DNA from: the human T2T-CHM13v2.0 reference genome, Homo sapiens
Assembly: GCF_009914755.1 (NCBI RefSeq)
Contig: NC_060925.1
Length of the DNA stretch: 64,000 nucleotides
Strand: one strand, 5' to 3'
Shown here: positions 13,002 to 27,400 of the stretch, piece after piece
How the letters are laid out: every line of letters begins with the position of its first letter
How positions within the stretch are numbered: the first letter of the stretch is position 1
The notes under the pieces: generated by a model
Told to the model about the DNA's origin: nothing
Databases searched by the model: none
Seen by the model: only the letters and a program-made list of their open reading frames with translations
Translations under genes and position numbers: made by a program

Positions 13002-15729
13002 ATGGAATCGTCATCGAATGAATTGAATGCAATCAACGAATGGTCTCGAATGGAACCATCTCCAAATGGAATGGAATGGAATCATCGCATAGAATCGAAT
13101 GGAATTATCATCGAATGGACTCGAATGGAATCAACATCAAACGGAATCAAACGGAATTATCGAATGGAATCAAAGAGAATCATCGAACGGACTCGAATGG
13201 AATCATCTAATGGAATGGAATGGAAGAATTCATGGACTCGAATGCAATCATCATCGAATGGAATCGAATGGAATCATCGAATGGACTCTAATGGAATAAT
13301 CATTGAACGGAATCGAATGGAATCATCATCGGATGGAAACGAATGGAATCATCATCGAATGGAATCGAATGGGATCATCAAATGGAATCAGATGGAATCA
13401 TCATCAAATGGAATCCAATAGAATTATGGAATGAAATCCAATGTGATTATCATTGAATGCACTCGAATGGAATCATCATCCAATGGAAACTAATGGAATC
13501 AACATCGAATGGAATCGAATGGAAACTCCATCGAATTGAAACGAATGGAATTATCATGAAATTGAAATGGATGGAATCATCATCGAATGGATTCGAATGG
13601 AATCATCGAATGAAATTGATTGAAATCATCATCAAATGGAATCGAATGGAATCATTGAATGGAATCGAATGGAATCATCATCAGATGGAAATGAATGGAA
13701 TCATCATAGAATGGAATCGCATGGATTCATTGAATGGAATCAGATGGAATCATCGAATGGACTTGAATGGAATCATTGAATGGACTCGAATGGAATCATT
13801 ATTGAATGGAATTGAATGGAATCATTGAATGGGCTCGAATGGAATCATTATCAAATGGAATCGAATGGAATCACTGAATAGAATCGAATGGAACAATCAT
13901 CGAATGGACTCAAATGGAATTATCCTCAAATGGAATCGAATGGAATTATCGAATGAAATCGAATGGAATAATCGAATGCAATCGAATAGAATCATCGAAT
14001 GGACTTGAAAGGAATCATCGATTGAAATGGAATGGAATAGTCAATGAACTCGAATGGAATCATCATTGAATGGAATCATCGAGTGGAATCGAATGGAATC
14101 ATGATCAAATGGAATCGAAAGTAATCATCATGAAATGGAATCAAAATAACCATCATCAATTGGTATTGAATGGAATTGTCACCAAACGGAATTCAAAGGA
14201 ATCATCATCAAATGGAACCGAATGGAATCCTCATTGAATGGAAATGAAAGGAGTCATCATCTAATGGAATCGCATGGAATCATCATCAAATGGAATCGAA
14301 TGGAATCATCATCAAATGGAATCTAATGGAATCATTGAACGGAATTGAATGGAATCGTCATCGAATGAATTGAATGCAATCAACGAATGGTCTCGAATGG
14401 AACCACCTCCAAATGGAATGGAATGGAATCATCGCATAGAATCGAATGGAATTATCATCGAATGGACCCGAATGGAATCAACATGAAACGGAATCAAACG
14501 GAATTATCGAATGGAATCGAAGAGAATCATCGAACGGGCTCGAATGGAATCATCTAATGGAATGGAATGGAAGAATCCATGGACTCGAATGCAATCATCA
14601 TCGAATGGAATCGAATGGAATCATCGAATGGACTCGAATGGAATAATCATTGAACGGAATCGAATGGAATCATCATCGGATGGAAACGAATGGAATCATC
14701 AAATGGAATCAGATGGAATCATCATCAAATGGAATCGAATAGAATTATGGAATGAAATCCAATGTGATCATCATTGAATGGACGCGAATGGAATCATCAT
14801 CCAATGGAAACTAATGGAATCAACATCGAATGGAATCGAATGGAAACACCATCGAATTGAAACGAATGGAATTATCATGAAATTGAAATGGATGGACTCA
14901 TCATCGAATGGATTCGAATGGAATCATCGAATGAAATTGATTGAAATCATCATCAAATGGAATCGAATGGAATCATTGAATGGAATCGAATGGAATCATC
15001 ATCAGATGGAAATGAATGGAATCATCATAGAAGGGAATCGCATGGATTCATTGAATGGAATCAGATGGAATCATCGAATGGACTTGAATGGAATCGTTGA
15101 ATGGACTCGAATGGAATCATTATTGAATGGAATTGAATAGAATCATCGAATGGTCTCGAATGGAATCATTATCAAATGAAGTCGAATGGAATCACCGAAT
15201 AGAATCGAATGGAACAATCATCTAATGGACTCAAATGGAATTATCCTCAAATGGAATCAAATGGATTTATCGAATGCAATCGAATGGAATTATCGAATGC
15301 AATCGAATAGAATCATCTAATGGACTCAAATGGAATCATCGAATGGAATGCAATGGATTAATCCATGGACTCGAATTCAATCACCATCGAATACAATCGA
15401 ATGGAGTCATCGAATCGACTCAAATGGAATAATCATTGAATGGAATCGAATGGAATCATCGAGTGGAATCGAATGGAATCATGATCAAATGGAATCGAAC
15501 GTAATCATCATCAAATGGAATCAAAAATAAACATCATCAATTGGTATTGAATGGAATTGTCATCAAATGGAATTCAAAGGAATCATCATCAAATGGAACC
15601 GATTGGAATCCTCATTGAATGGAAATGAAAGGAGTCATCATCTAATGGAATCACATGGAATCATCATCAAATGGAATCGAATGGAATCATCATCAAATGG
15701 AATCTAATGGAATCATTGAACGGAATTCA
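13002..15729 (+). repeat. Adjacent hybrid monomers: B-head/A-tail (1347 bp) and A-like head/B-tail (1381 bp)
   Basis: Landmarks at 13002, 14349 and 15730. The first unit has the 26-bp insert plus the A tail; the second lacks the insert but has the B tail. Confidence 0.85.
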
Positions 15730-18429
15730 ATGGAATCGTCATCGAATGAATTGAATGCAATCAACGAATGGTCTCGAAGGAACCACCTCCAAATGGAAAG
15801 GAATGGAATCATCGCATAGAATCGAATGGAATTATCATTGAATGGACTCGAATGGAATCAACATCAAACAGAATCAAACGGAATTATCGAATGGAATCGA
15901 AGAGAATCATCGAATGGACTCGAATGGAATCATCTAATGCAATGGAATGGAAGAATCCATGGTCTCGAATGCAATCATCATCGAATGGAATCGAATGGAA
16001 TCATAGAATGGACTCGAATGGAATAATCATTGAACGGAATCGAATGGAATCACCATCGGATGGAAACGAATGGAATCATCAAATGGAATCAGATGGAATC
16101 ATCATCAAATGGAATCGAATACAATTATGGAATGAAATCCATTGTGATCATCATTGAATGGACTCGAATGGAATCATAATCCAATGGAAACTAATGGAAT
16201 CAGCATCGAATGGAATCGAATGGAAACTCCATCGAATTGAAACGAATGGAATTATCATGAAATTGAAATGGATGGAATCATCATCGAATGGATTCGAATG
16301 GAATCATCGAATGAAATTGATTGAAATCATCATCAAATGGAATCGAATGGAATCATTGAATGGAATCGAATGGAATCATCATCAAATGGAAATGAATGGA
16401 ATCATCATAGAATGGAATCGAATGGATTCATTGAATGGAATCAGATGGAATCATCGAATGGACTTGAATGGAATCATTGAATGGACTCGAATGGAATCAT
16501 TATGGAATGGAATTGAATGGAATCATCGAATGGTCTCGAATGGAATCATTATCAAATGGAATCGAATGGAATCACCGAATAGAATCGAATGGAACAATCA
16601 TCGAATGGACTCAAATGGAATTATCCTCAAATGGAATCGAATGGAATTATCGAATGCAATCGAATGGAATAATCGAATGCAATCGAATAGAATCATCGAA
16701 TGGACTTGAAAGGAATCATCGATTGAAATGGAATGGAATAGTCAATGAACTCGAATGGAATCATCATTGAATGGAATCATCGAGTGGAATCGAATGGAAT
16801 CACGATCAAATGGAATCGAAAGTAATCATCATCAAATGGAATCAAAAATAACCATCGTCAATTGGTATTGAATGGAATTGTCATCAAAAGGAATTCAAAG
16901 GAATCATCATCAAATGGAACCGAATGGAATCCTCACTGAATGGAAATGAAAGGAGTCGTCATCTAATGGAATCGCATGGAATCATCATCAAATGGAATCG
17001 AATGGAATCATCATCAAATGGAATCTAATGGAATCATTGAACGGAATTGAATGGAATCGTCATCGAATGAATTGAATGCAATCAACGAATGGTCTCGAAT
17101 GGAACCAACTCCAAATGGAATGGATTGGAATCATCGCATAGAATCGAATGGAATTATCATCGAATGGACCCGAATGGAATCAACATCAAACGGAATCAAA
17201 CGGAATTATCGAATGGAATCGAAGAGAATCATCGAACGGACTCGAATGGAATCATCTAATGGAATGGAATGGAAGAATCCATGGACTCGAATGCAATCAT
17301 CATCGAATGGAATCGAATGGAATCATCGAATGGACTCGAATGGAATAATCATTGAACGGAATCGAACGGAATCATCATCGGATGGAAACGAATGGAATCA
17401 TCATCTAATGGAATCGAATGGGATCATCAAATGGAATCAGATGGAATCATCATCAAATGGAATCGAATAGAATTATGGAATGAAATCCAATGTGATCATC
17501 ATTGAATGGACTCGAATGGAATCATCATCCAATGGAAACTAATGGAATCAACATCGAATGGAATCGAATGGAAACACCATCGAATTGAAACGAATGGAAT
17601 TATCATGAAATTGAAATGGATGGACTCATCATCGAATGGATTCGAATGGAATCATCGAATGAAATTGATTGAAATCATCATCAAATGGAATCGAAAGGAA
17701 TCATTGAATGGAATCGAATGGAATCATCATCAGATGGAAATGAATGGAATCATCATAGAATGGAATCGCATGGATTCATTGAATGGAATCAGATGGAATC
17801 ATCGAATGGACTTGAATGGAATCGTTGAATGGACTCGAATGGAATCATTATTGAATGGAATTGAATAGAATCATCGAATGGTCTCGAATGGAATCATTAT
17901 CAAATGAAGTCGAATGGAATCACCGAATAGAATCGAATGGAACAATCATCTAATGGACTCAAATGGAATTATCCTCAAATGGAATCAAATGGATTTATCG
18001 AATGCAATCGAATGGAATTATCGAATGCAATCGAATAGAATCATCGAATGGAATCGAATGGAATCATCGAATGGAATGCAATGGATTAATCCATGGACTC
18101 GAATTCAATCACCATCGAATACAATCGAATGGAGTCATCGAATCGACTCAAATGGAATAATCATTGAATGGAAACGAATGGAATCATCGAGTGGAATCGA
18201 ATCGAATCATGATCAAATGGAATCGAATGTAATCATCATCAAATGGAATCAAAAATAACCATCATCAATTGGTATTGAATGGAATTGTCATCAAACGGAA
18301 TTCAAAGGAATCATCATCAAATGGAACCGAATGGAATCCTCATTGAATGGAAATGAAAGGAGTCATCATCTAATGGAATCGCATGGAATCATCATCAAAT
18401 GGAATCGAATGGAATCATCATCAAATGGA

Positions 18430-21400
18430 ATCTAATCGAATAATTGAACGGAATTGAATGGAATCGTCATCGAATGAATTGAATGCAATCAACGAATGGT
18501 CTCGAATGGAACCACCTCCAAATGGAATGGAGTGGAATCATCGCATAGAATCAAATGGAATTATCATCGAATGGACTCGAATGGAATCAACATCAAACGG
18601 AATCAAACGGAATTATCGAATGGAATCGAAGAGAATCATCGAATGGACTCGAATGGAATCATCTAATGGAATGGAATGGAAGAATCCATGGACTCGAATG
18701 CAATCATCATCGAATGGAATCGAAAGGAATCATCGAATGTACTCGAATGGAATAATCATTGAACGGAATCGAATGGAATCATCATCGGATGGAAACGAAT
18801 GGGATCATCAAATGGAATCAGATGGAATCATCATCAAATGGAATCGAATAGAATTATGGAATGAAATCCATTGTGATCATCATCGAATGGACTCGAATGG
18901 AATCATTATCCAATGGAAACTAATGGAATCAACATCGAATGGAATCGAATGGAAACACCATCGAATTGAAACGAATGGAATTATCATGAAATTGAAATGG
19001 ATGGACTCATCATCGAATGGATTCGAATGGAATCATCGAATGAAATAGATTGAAATCATCATCAAATGGAATCGAATGGAATCATTGAATGGAATCGAAT
19101 GGAATCATCATCAGATGGAAATGAATGGAATCATCATAGAATGGAATCGAATGGATTCATTGAATGGAATCAGATGGAATCATCGAATGGACTTGAATGG
19201 AATCATTGAATGGACTCGAATGGAATCATTATTGAATGGAATTGAATGGAATCATCGAATGGTCTCGAATGGAATCATTATCAAATGAAGTCGAATGGAA
19301 TCACCGAATAGAATCGAATGGAACAATCATCGAATGGACTCAAATGGAATTATCCTCAAATGGAATCGAATGGAATTATCGAATGCAATCGAATGGAATA
19401 ATCGAATGCAATCGAATAGAATCATCGAATGGACTTGAAAGGAATCGTCGATTAAAATGGAATGGAATAGTCAATGAACTCGAATGGAATCATCATTGAA
19501 TGGAATCATCGAGTGGAATCGAATGGAATCATGATCAAATGGAATCGAAAGTAATCATCAAATGGAATCAAAAATAACCATCATCAATTGGTATTGAATG
19601 GAATTGTCATCAAACGGAATTCAAAGGAATCATCATCAAATGGAACCGAATGGAATCCTCATTGAATGGAAATGAAAGGAGTCATCATCTAATGGAATCG
19701 CATGGAATCATCAACAAATGGAATCGAATGGAATCATCATCAAATGGAATCTAATGGAATCATTGAACGGAATTGAATGGAATCGTCATCGAATGAATTG
19801 AATGCAATCAACGAATGGTCTCGAATGGAACCATCTCCAAATGGAATGGAATGGAATCATCGCATAGAATCGAATGGAATTATCATCGAATGGACTCGAA
19901 TGGAATCATCATCAAACGGAATCAAACGGATTTATCGAATGGAATCGATGAGAATCATCGAACGGACTCGAATGGAATCATCTAATGGAATGGAATGGAA
20001 GAATCCATGGACTCGAATGCAATCATCATCGAATGGAATCGAATGGAATCATCGAATGGACTCGAATGGAATAATCATTGAACGGAATCGAATGGAATCA
20101 TCATCGGATGGAAACGAATGTAATCATCATCGAATGGAATCGAATGGGATCATCAAATGGAATCAGATGGAATCATCATCAAATGGAATAGAATAGAATT
20201 ATGGAATGAAATCCAATGTGATCATCATTGAATGGACTCGAATGGAATCATCATCCAATGGAAACTAATGGAATCAACATCGAATGGAATCGAATGGAAA
20301 CACCATCGAATTGAAACGAATGGAATTATCATGGAATTGAAATGGATGGACTCATCATCGAATGGATTCGAATGGAATCATCGAATGAAATTGATTGAAA
20401 TCATCATCAAATGGAATCGAAAGGAATCATTGAATGGAATCGAATGGAATCATCATCAGATGGAAATGAATGGAATCATCATAGAATGGAATCGCATGGA
20501 TTCATGGAATGGAATAAGATGGAATCATCGAATGGACTTGAATGGAATTGTTGAATGGACTCGAATGGAATCATTATTGAATGGAATTGAATAGAATCAT
20601 CGAATGGTCTCTAATGGAATCATTATCAAATGAAGTCGAATGGAATCATCGAATAGAATCGAATGGAACAATCATCGAATGGACTCAAATGGAATTATCC
20701 TCAAATGGAATCAAATGGATTTATCGAATGCAATCGAATGGAATTATCGAATGCAATCAAATAGAATCATCGAATGGACTCGAATGGAATCATCGAATGG
20801 AATGCAATGGATTAATCCATGGACTCGAATTCAATCACCATCGAATACAATCGAATGGAGTCATCGAATCGACTCAAATGGCATAATCATTGAATGGAAT
20901 CGAATGGAATCATCGAGTGGAATGGAATGGAATCATGATCAAATGGAATCGAATGTAATCATCATCAAATGGAATCTAAAATAATCATCATCAATTGGTA
21001 TTGAATGGAATTGTCATCAAATGGAATTCAAAGGAATCATCATCAAATGGAACCGAATGGAATCCTCATTGAATGGAAATGAAAGGAGTCATCATCTAAT
21101 GGAATCGCATGGAATCATCATCAAATGGAATCGAATGGAATCATCATCAAATGGAATCTAATGGAATCATTGAACGGAATTGAATGGAATCGTCATCGAA
21201 TGAATTGAATGCAATCAAGGAATGGTCTCGAATGGAACCATCTCCAAATGGAATGTAGTGGAATCATCACATAGAATCGAATGGAATTATCATCGAATAG
21301 ACTCGAATGGAATCAACATCAAACGGAATCAAATGGAATTATCGAATGGAATCGAAAAGAATCATCGAACGGACTCGAATGGAATCACCTAATGGAATGG

Positions 21401-24400
21401 AATGGAAGAATCCATGGACTCGAATACAATCATCAGCGAATGGAATCGAATGGAATCATCGAATTGACTCGAATGGAATAATCATTGAACGGAATCGAAT
21501 GGAATCATCATCGGATGGAAACGAATGGAATCATCAAATGGAATCAGATGGAATCATCATCAAATGGAATCGAATAGAATTATGGAATGAAATCCATTGT
21601 GATCATCATCGAATGGACTCGAATGGAATCATCATCCAATGGAAACTAATGGAATCAACATCGAATGGAATCGAATGGAAACACCATCGAATTGAAACGA
21701 ATGGATTTATCATGAAATTGAAATGGATGGACTCATCATCGAATGGATTCGAATGGAATCATCGAATGAAATTGATTGAAATCATCATCAAATGGAATCG
21801 AATGGAATCATTGAATGGAATCGAATGGAATCATCATCAGATGGAAATGAATGGAATCATCATAGAATGGAATCGAATGGATTCATTGAATGGAATCAGA
21901 TGGAATCATCGAATGGACTTGAATGGAATAATTGAATGGACTCGAATGGAATCATTATTGAATGGAATTGAATGGAATCATCGAATGGTCTCGAATGGAA
22001 TCATTATCAAATGGAATCGAATGGAATCACCGAATAGAATCGAATGGAACAATGATCGAATGGACTCAAATGGAATTATCCTCAAAAGGAATCGAATGGA
22101 ATTATCGAATGCAATCGAATGGAATAATCGAATGCAATCGAATAGAATCATCGAATGGACTTGAAAGGAATCGTCGATTGAAATGGAATGGAATAGTCAA
22201 TGAACTCGAATGGAATCATCATTGAATGGAATCATCGAGTGGAATCGAATGGAATCATGATCAAATGGAATCGAAAGTAATCATCATCAAATGGAATCAA
22301 AAATAACCATCATCAATTGGTATTGAATGGAATTGTCATCAAACGGAATTCAAAGGAATCATCATCAAATGGAACCGAATGGAATCCTCATTGAATGGAA
22401 ATGAAAGGAGTCATCATCTAATGGAATCGCATGGAATCATCATCAAATGGAATCGAATGGAATCATCATCAAATGGAATCTAATGGAATCATTGAACGGA
22501 ATTGAATGGAATCGTCATCGAATGAATTGAGTGCAATCAACGAATGGTCTCGAATGGAACCATCTCCAAATGGAATGGAATGGAATCATCGCATAGGACC
22601 GAATGGAATTATCATCGAGTGGACTCGAATGGAATCAACATCAAACGGAATCAAACGGAGTTATCGAATGGAATCGAAAAGAATCATCGAACGGACTCGA
22701 ATGGAATCATCTAATGGAATGGAATGGAAGAATCCATGGACTCGAATGCAATCATCATCGAATGGAATCGAATGGAATCATCGAATGGACTCGAATGGAA
22801 TAATCATTGAACGGAATCGAATGAATCATCATCGGATGGAAACGAATGGAATCATCATCGAATGGAATCGAATGGGATCATCAAATGGAATCAGATGGAA
22901 TCATCATCCAATGGAATCGAATAGAATTATGGAATGAAATCCAATGTGATCATCATTGAATGGACTCGAATGGAATCATCATCCAGTGGAAACTAATGGA
23001 ATCAACATCGAATGTAATCGAATGGAAACACCATCGAATTAAAACGAATGGAATTATCATGAAATTGAAATGGATGGACTCATCATCGAATGGATTCGAA
23101 TGGAATCATCGAATGAAATTGATTGAAATCATCATCAAATGGAATCGAAAGGAATCATTGAATGGAATCGAATGGAATCATCATCAGATGGAAATGAATG
23201 GAATCATCATAGAATGGAATCGCATGGATTCATTGAATGGAATCAGATGGAATCATCGAATGGACTTGAATGGAATCGTTGAATGGACTCGAATGGAATC
23301 ATTATTGAATGGAATTGAATAGAATCATCGAATGGTCTCGAATGGAATCATTATCAAATGAAGTCGAATGGAATCACCGAATAGAATCGAATGGAACAAT
23401 CATTGAATGGACTCAAATGGAATTATCCTCAAATGGAATCAAATGGATTTATCAAATGCAATCAAATGGAATTATCGAATGCAATCGAATGGACTCGAAT
23501 GGAATCATCGAATGGAATGCAATGGATTAATCCATGGACTCGAATTCAATCACCATCGAATACAATCGAATGGAGCCATCGAATCGACACAAATGGAATA
23601 ATCATTGAATGGAATCGAATGGAATCATCGAGTGGAATCGAATGGAATCATGATCAAATGGAATCGAATGTAATCATCATCAAACGGAATCTAAAATAAC
23701 CATCATCAATTGGTATTGAATGGAATTGTCATCAAATGGAATTCAAAGGAATCATCATCAAATGGAACCGAATGGAATCCTCATTGAATGGAAATGAAAG
23801 GAGTCATCATCTAATGGAATCGCATGGAATCATCATCAAATGGAATCGAATGGAATCATCATCAAATGGAATCTAATCGAATTATTGAACGGAATTGAAT
23901 GGAATCGTCATCGAATGAATTGAATGCAATCAACGAATGGTCTCGAATGGAACCACCTCCAAATGGAATGGAATGGAATCATCGCATAGAATCGAATGGA
24001 ATTATCATCGAATGGACTCGAATGGAATCAACATCAAACGGAATCAAACGGAATTATCGAATGGAATCGAAGAGAATCATCGAATGGACTCGAATGGAAT
24101 CATCTAATGGAATGGAATGGAAGAATCCATGGACTCGAATGCAATCATCATCGAATGGAATCGAAAGGAATCATCGAATGGACTCGAATGGAATAATCAT
24201 TGAACGGAATCGAATGGAATCATCATCGGATGGAAACGAATGGGATCATCAAATGGAATCAGATGGAATCATCATCAAATGGAATCGAATAGAATTATGG
24301 AATGAAATCCATTGTGATCATCATCGAATGGACTCGAATGGAATCATTATCCAATGGAAACTAATGGAATCAACATCGAATGGAATCGAATGGAAACACC

Positions 24401-27400
24401 ATCGAATTGAAACGAATGGAATTATCATGAAATTGAAATGGATGGACTCATCATCGAATGGATTCGAATGGAATCATCGAATGAAATTGATTGAAATCAT
24501 CATCAAATGGAATCGAATGGAATCATTGAATGGAATCGAATGGAATCATCATCAGATGGAAATGAATGGAATCATCATAGAATGGAATCGAATGGATTCA
24601 TTGAATGGAATCAGATGGAATCATCGTATGGACTTGAATGGAATCATTGAATGGACTCGAATGGAATCATTATTGAATGGAATTGAATGGAATCATCGAA
24701 TGGTCTCGAATGGAATCATTATCAAATGGAATCGAATGGAATCACCGAATAGAATCGAATGGAACAATCATCGAATGGACTCAAATGGAATTATCCTCAA
24801 ATGGAATCGAATGGAATTATCGAATGCAATCGAATGGAATAATCGAATGCAATCGAATAGAATCATCGAATGGACTTGAAAGGAATCGTCGATTAAAATG
24901 GAATGGAATAGTCAATGAACTCGAATGGAATCATCATTGAATGGAATCATCGAGTGGAATCGAATGGAATCATGATCAAATGGAATCGAAAGTAATCATC
25001 AAATGGAATCAAAAATAACCATCATCAATTGGTATTGAATGGAATTGTCATCAAACGGAATTCAAAGGAATCATCATCAAATGGAACCGAATGGAATCCT
25101 CATTGAATGGAAATGAAAGGAGTCATCATCTAATGGAATCGCATGGAATCATCAACAAATGGAATCGAATGGAATCATCATCAAATGGAATCTAATGGAA
25201 TCATTGAACGGAATTGAATGGAATCGTCATCGAATGAATTGAATGCAATCAACGAATGGTCTCGAATGGAACCATCTCCAAATGGAATGGAATGGAATCA
25301 TCGCATAGAATCGAATGGAATTATCATCGAATGGACTCGAATGGAATCATCATCAAACGGAATCAAACGGATTTATCGAATGGAATCGATGAGAATCATC
25401 GAACGGACTCGAATGGAATCATCTAATGGAATGGAATGGAAGAATCCATGGACTCGAATGCAATCATCATCGAATGGAATCGAATGGAATCATCGAATGG
25501 ACTCGAATGGAATAATCATTGAACGGAATCGAATGGAATCATCATCGGATGGAAACGAATGGAATCATCATCGAATGGAATCGAATGGGATCATCAAATG
25601 GAATCAGATGGAATCATCATCAAATGGAATAGAATAGAATTATGGAATGAAATCCAATGTGATCATCATTGAATGGACTCGAATGGAATCATCATCCAAT
25701 GGAAACTAATGGAATCAACATCGAATGGAATCGAATGGAAACACCATCGAATTGAAACGAATGGAATTATCATGGAATTGAAATGGATGGACTCATCATC
25801 GAATGGATTCGAATGGAATCATCGAATGAAATTGATTGAAATCATCATCAAATGGAATCGAAAGGAATCATTGAATGGAATCCAATGGAGTCATCATCAG
25901 ATGGAAATGAATGGAATCATCATAGAATGGAATCGCATGGATTCATGGAATGGAATAAGATGGAATCATCGAATGGACTTGAATGGAATTGTTGAATGGA
26001 CTCGAATGGAATCATTATTGAATGGAATTGAATAGAATCATCGAATGGTCTCGAATGGAATCATTATCAAATGAAGTCGAATGGAATCATCGAATAGAAT
26101 CGAATGGAACAATCATCGAATGGACTCAAATGGAATTATCCTCAAATGGAATCAAATGGATTTATCGAATGCAATCGAATGGAATTATCGAATGCAATCG
26201 AATAGAATCATCGAATGGACTCGAATGGAATCATCGAATGGAATGCAATGGATTAATCCATGGACTCGAATTCAATCACCATCGAATACAATCGAATGGA
26301 GTCATCGAATCGACTCAAATGGAATAATCATTGAATGGAATCGAATGGAATCATCGAGTGGAATCGAATGGAATCATGATCAAATGGAATCGAATGTAAT
26401 CATCATCAAATGGAATCTAAAATAATCATCATCAATTGGTATTGAATGGAATTGTCATCAAATGGAATTCAAAGGAATCATCATCAAATGGAACCGAATG
26501 GAATCCTCATTGAATGGAAATGAAAGGAGTCATCATCTAATGGAATCGCATGGAATCATCATCAAATGGAATCGAATGGAATCATCATCAAATGGAATCT
26601 AATGGAATCATTGAACGGAATTGAATGGAATCGTCATCGAATGAATTGAATGCAATCAAGGAATGGTCTCGAATGGAACCATCTCCAAATGGAATGCAGT
26701 GGAATCATCACATAGAATAGAATGGAATTATCATCGAATAGACTCGAATGGAATCAACATCAAACGGAATCAAATGGAATTATCGAATGGAATCGAAAAG
26801 AATCATCGAACGGACTCGAATGGAATCACCTAATGGAATGGAATGGAAGAATCCATGGACTCGAATACAATCATCATCGAATGGAATCGAATGGAATCAT
26901 CGAATTGACTCGAATGGAATAATCATTGAACGGAATCGAATGGAATCATCATCGGATGGAAACGAATGGAATCATCAAATGGAATCAGATGGAATCATCA
27001 TCAAATGGAATCGAATAGAATTATGGAATGAAATCCATTGTGATCATCATCGAATGGACTCGAATGGAATCATCATCCAATGGAAACTAATGGAATCAAC
27101 ATCGAATGGAATCGAATGGAAACACCATCGAATTGAAACGAATGGATTTATCATGAAATTGAAATGGATGGACTCATCATCGAATGGATTCGAATGGAAT
27201 CATCGAATGAAATTGATTGAAATCATCATCAAATGGAATCGAATGGAATCATTGAATGGAATCGAATGGAATCATCATCAGATGGAAATGAATGGAATCA
27301 TCATAGAATGGAATCGAATGGATTCATTGAATGGAATCAGATGGAATCATCGAATGGACTTGAATGGAATAATTGAATGGACTCGAATGGAATCATTATT

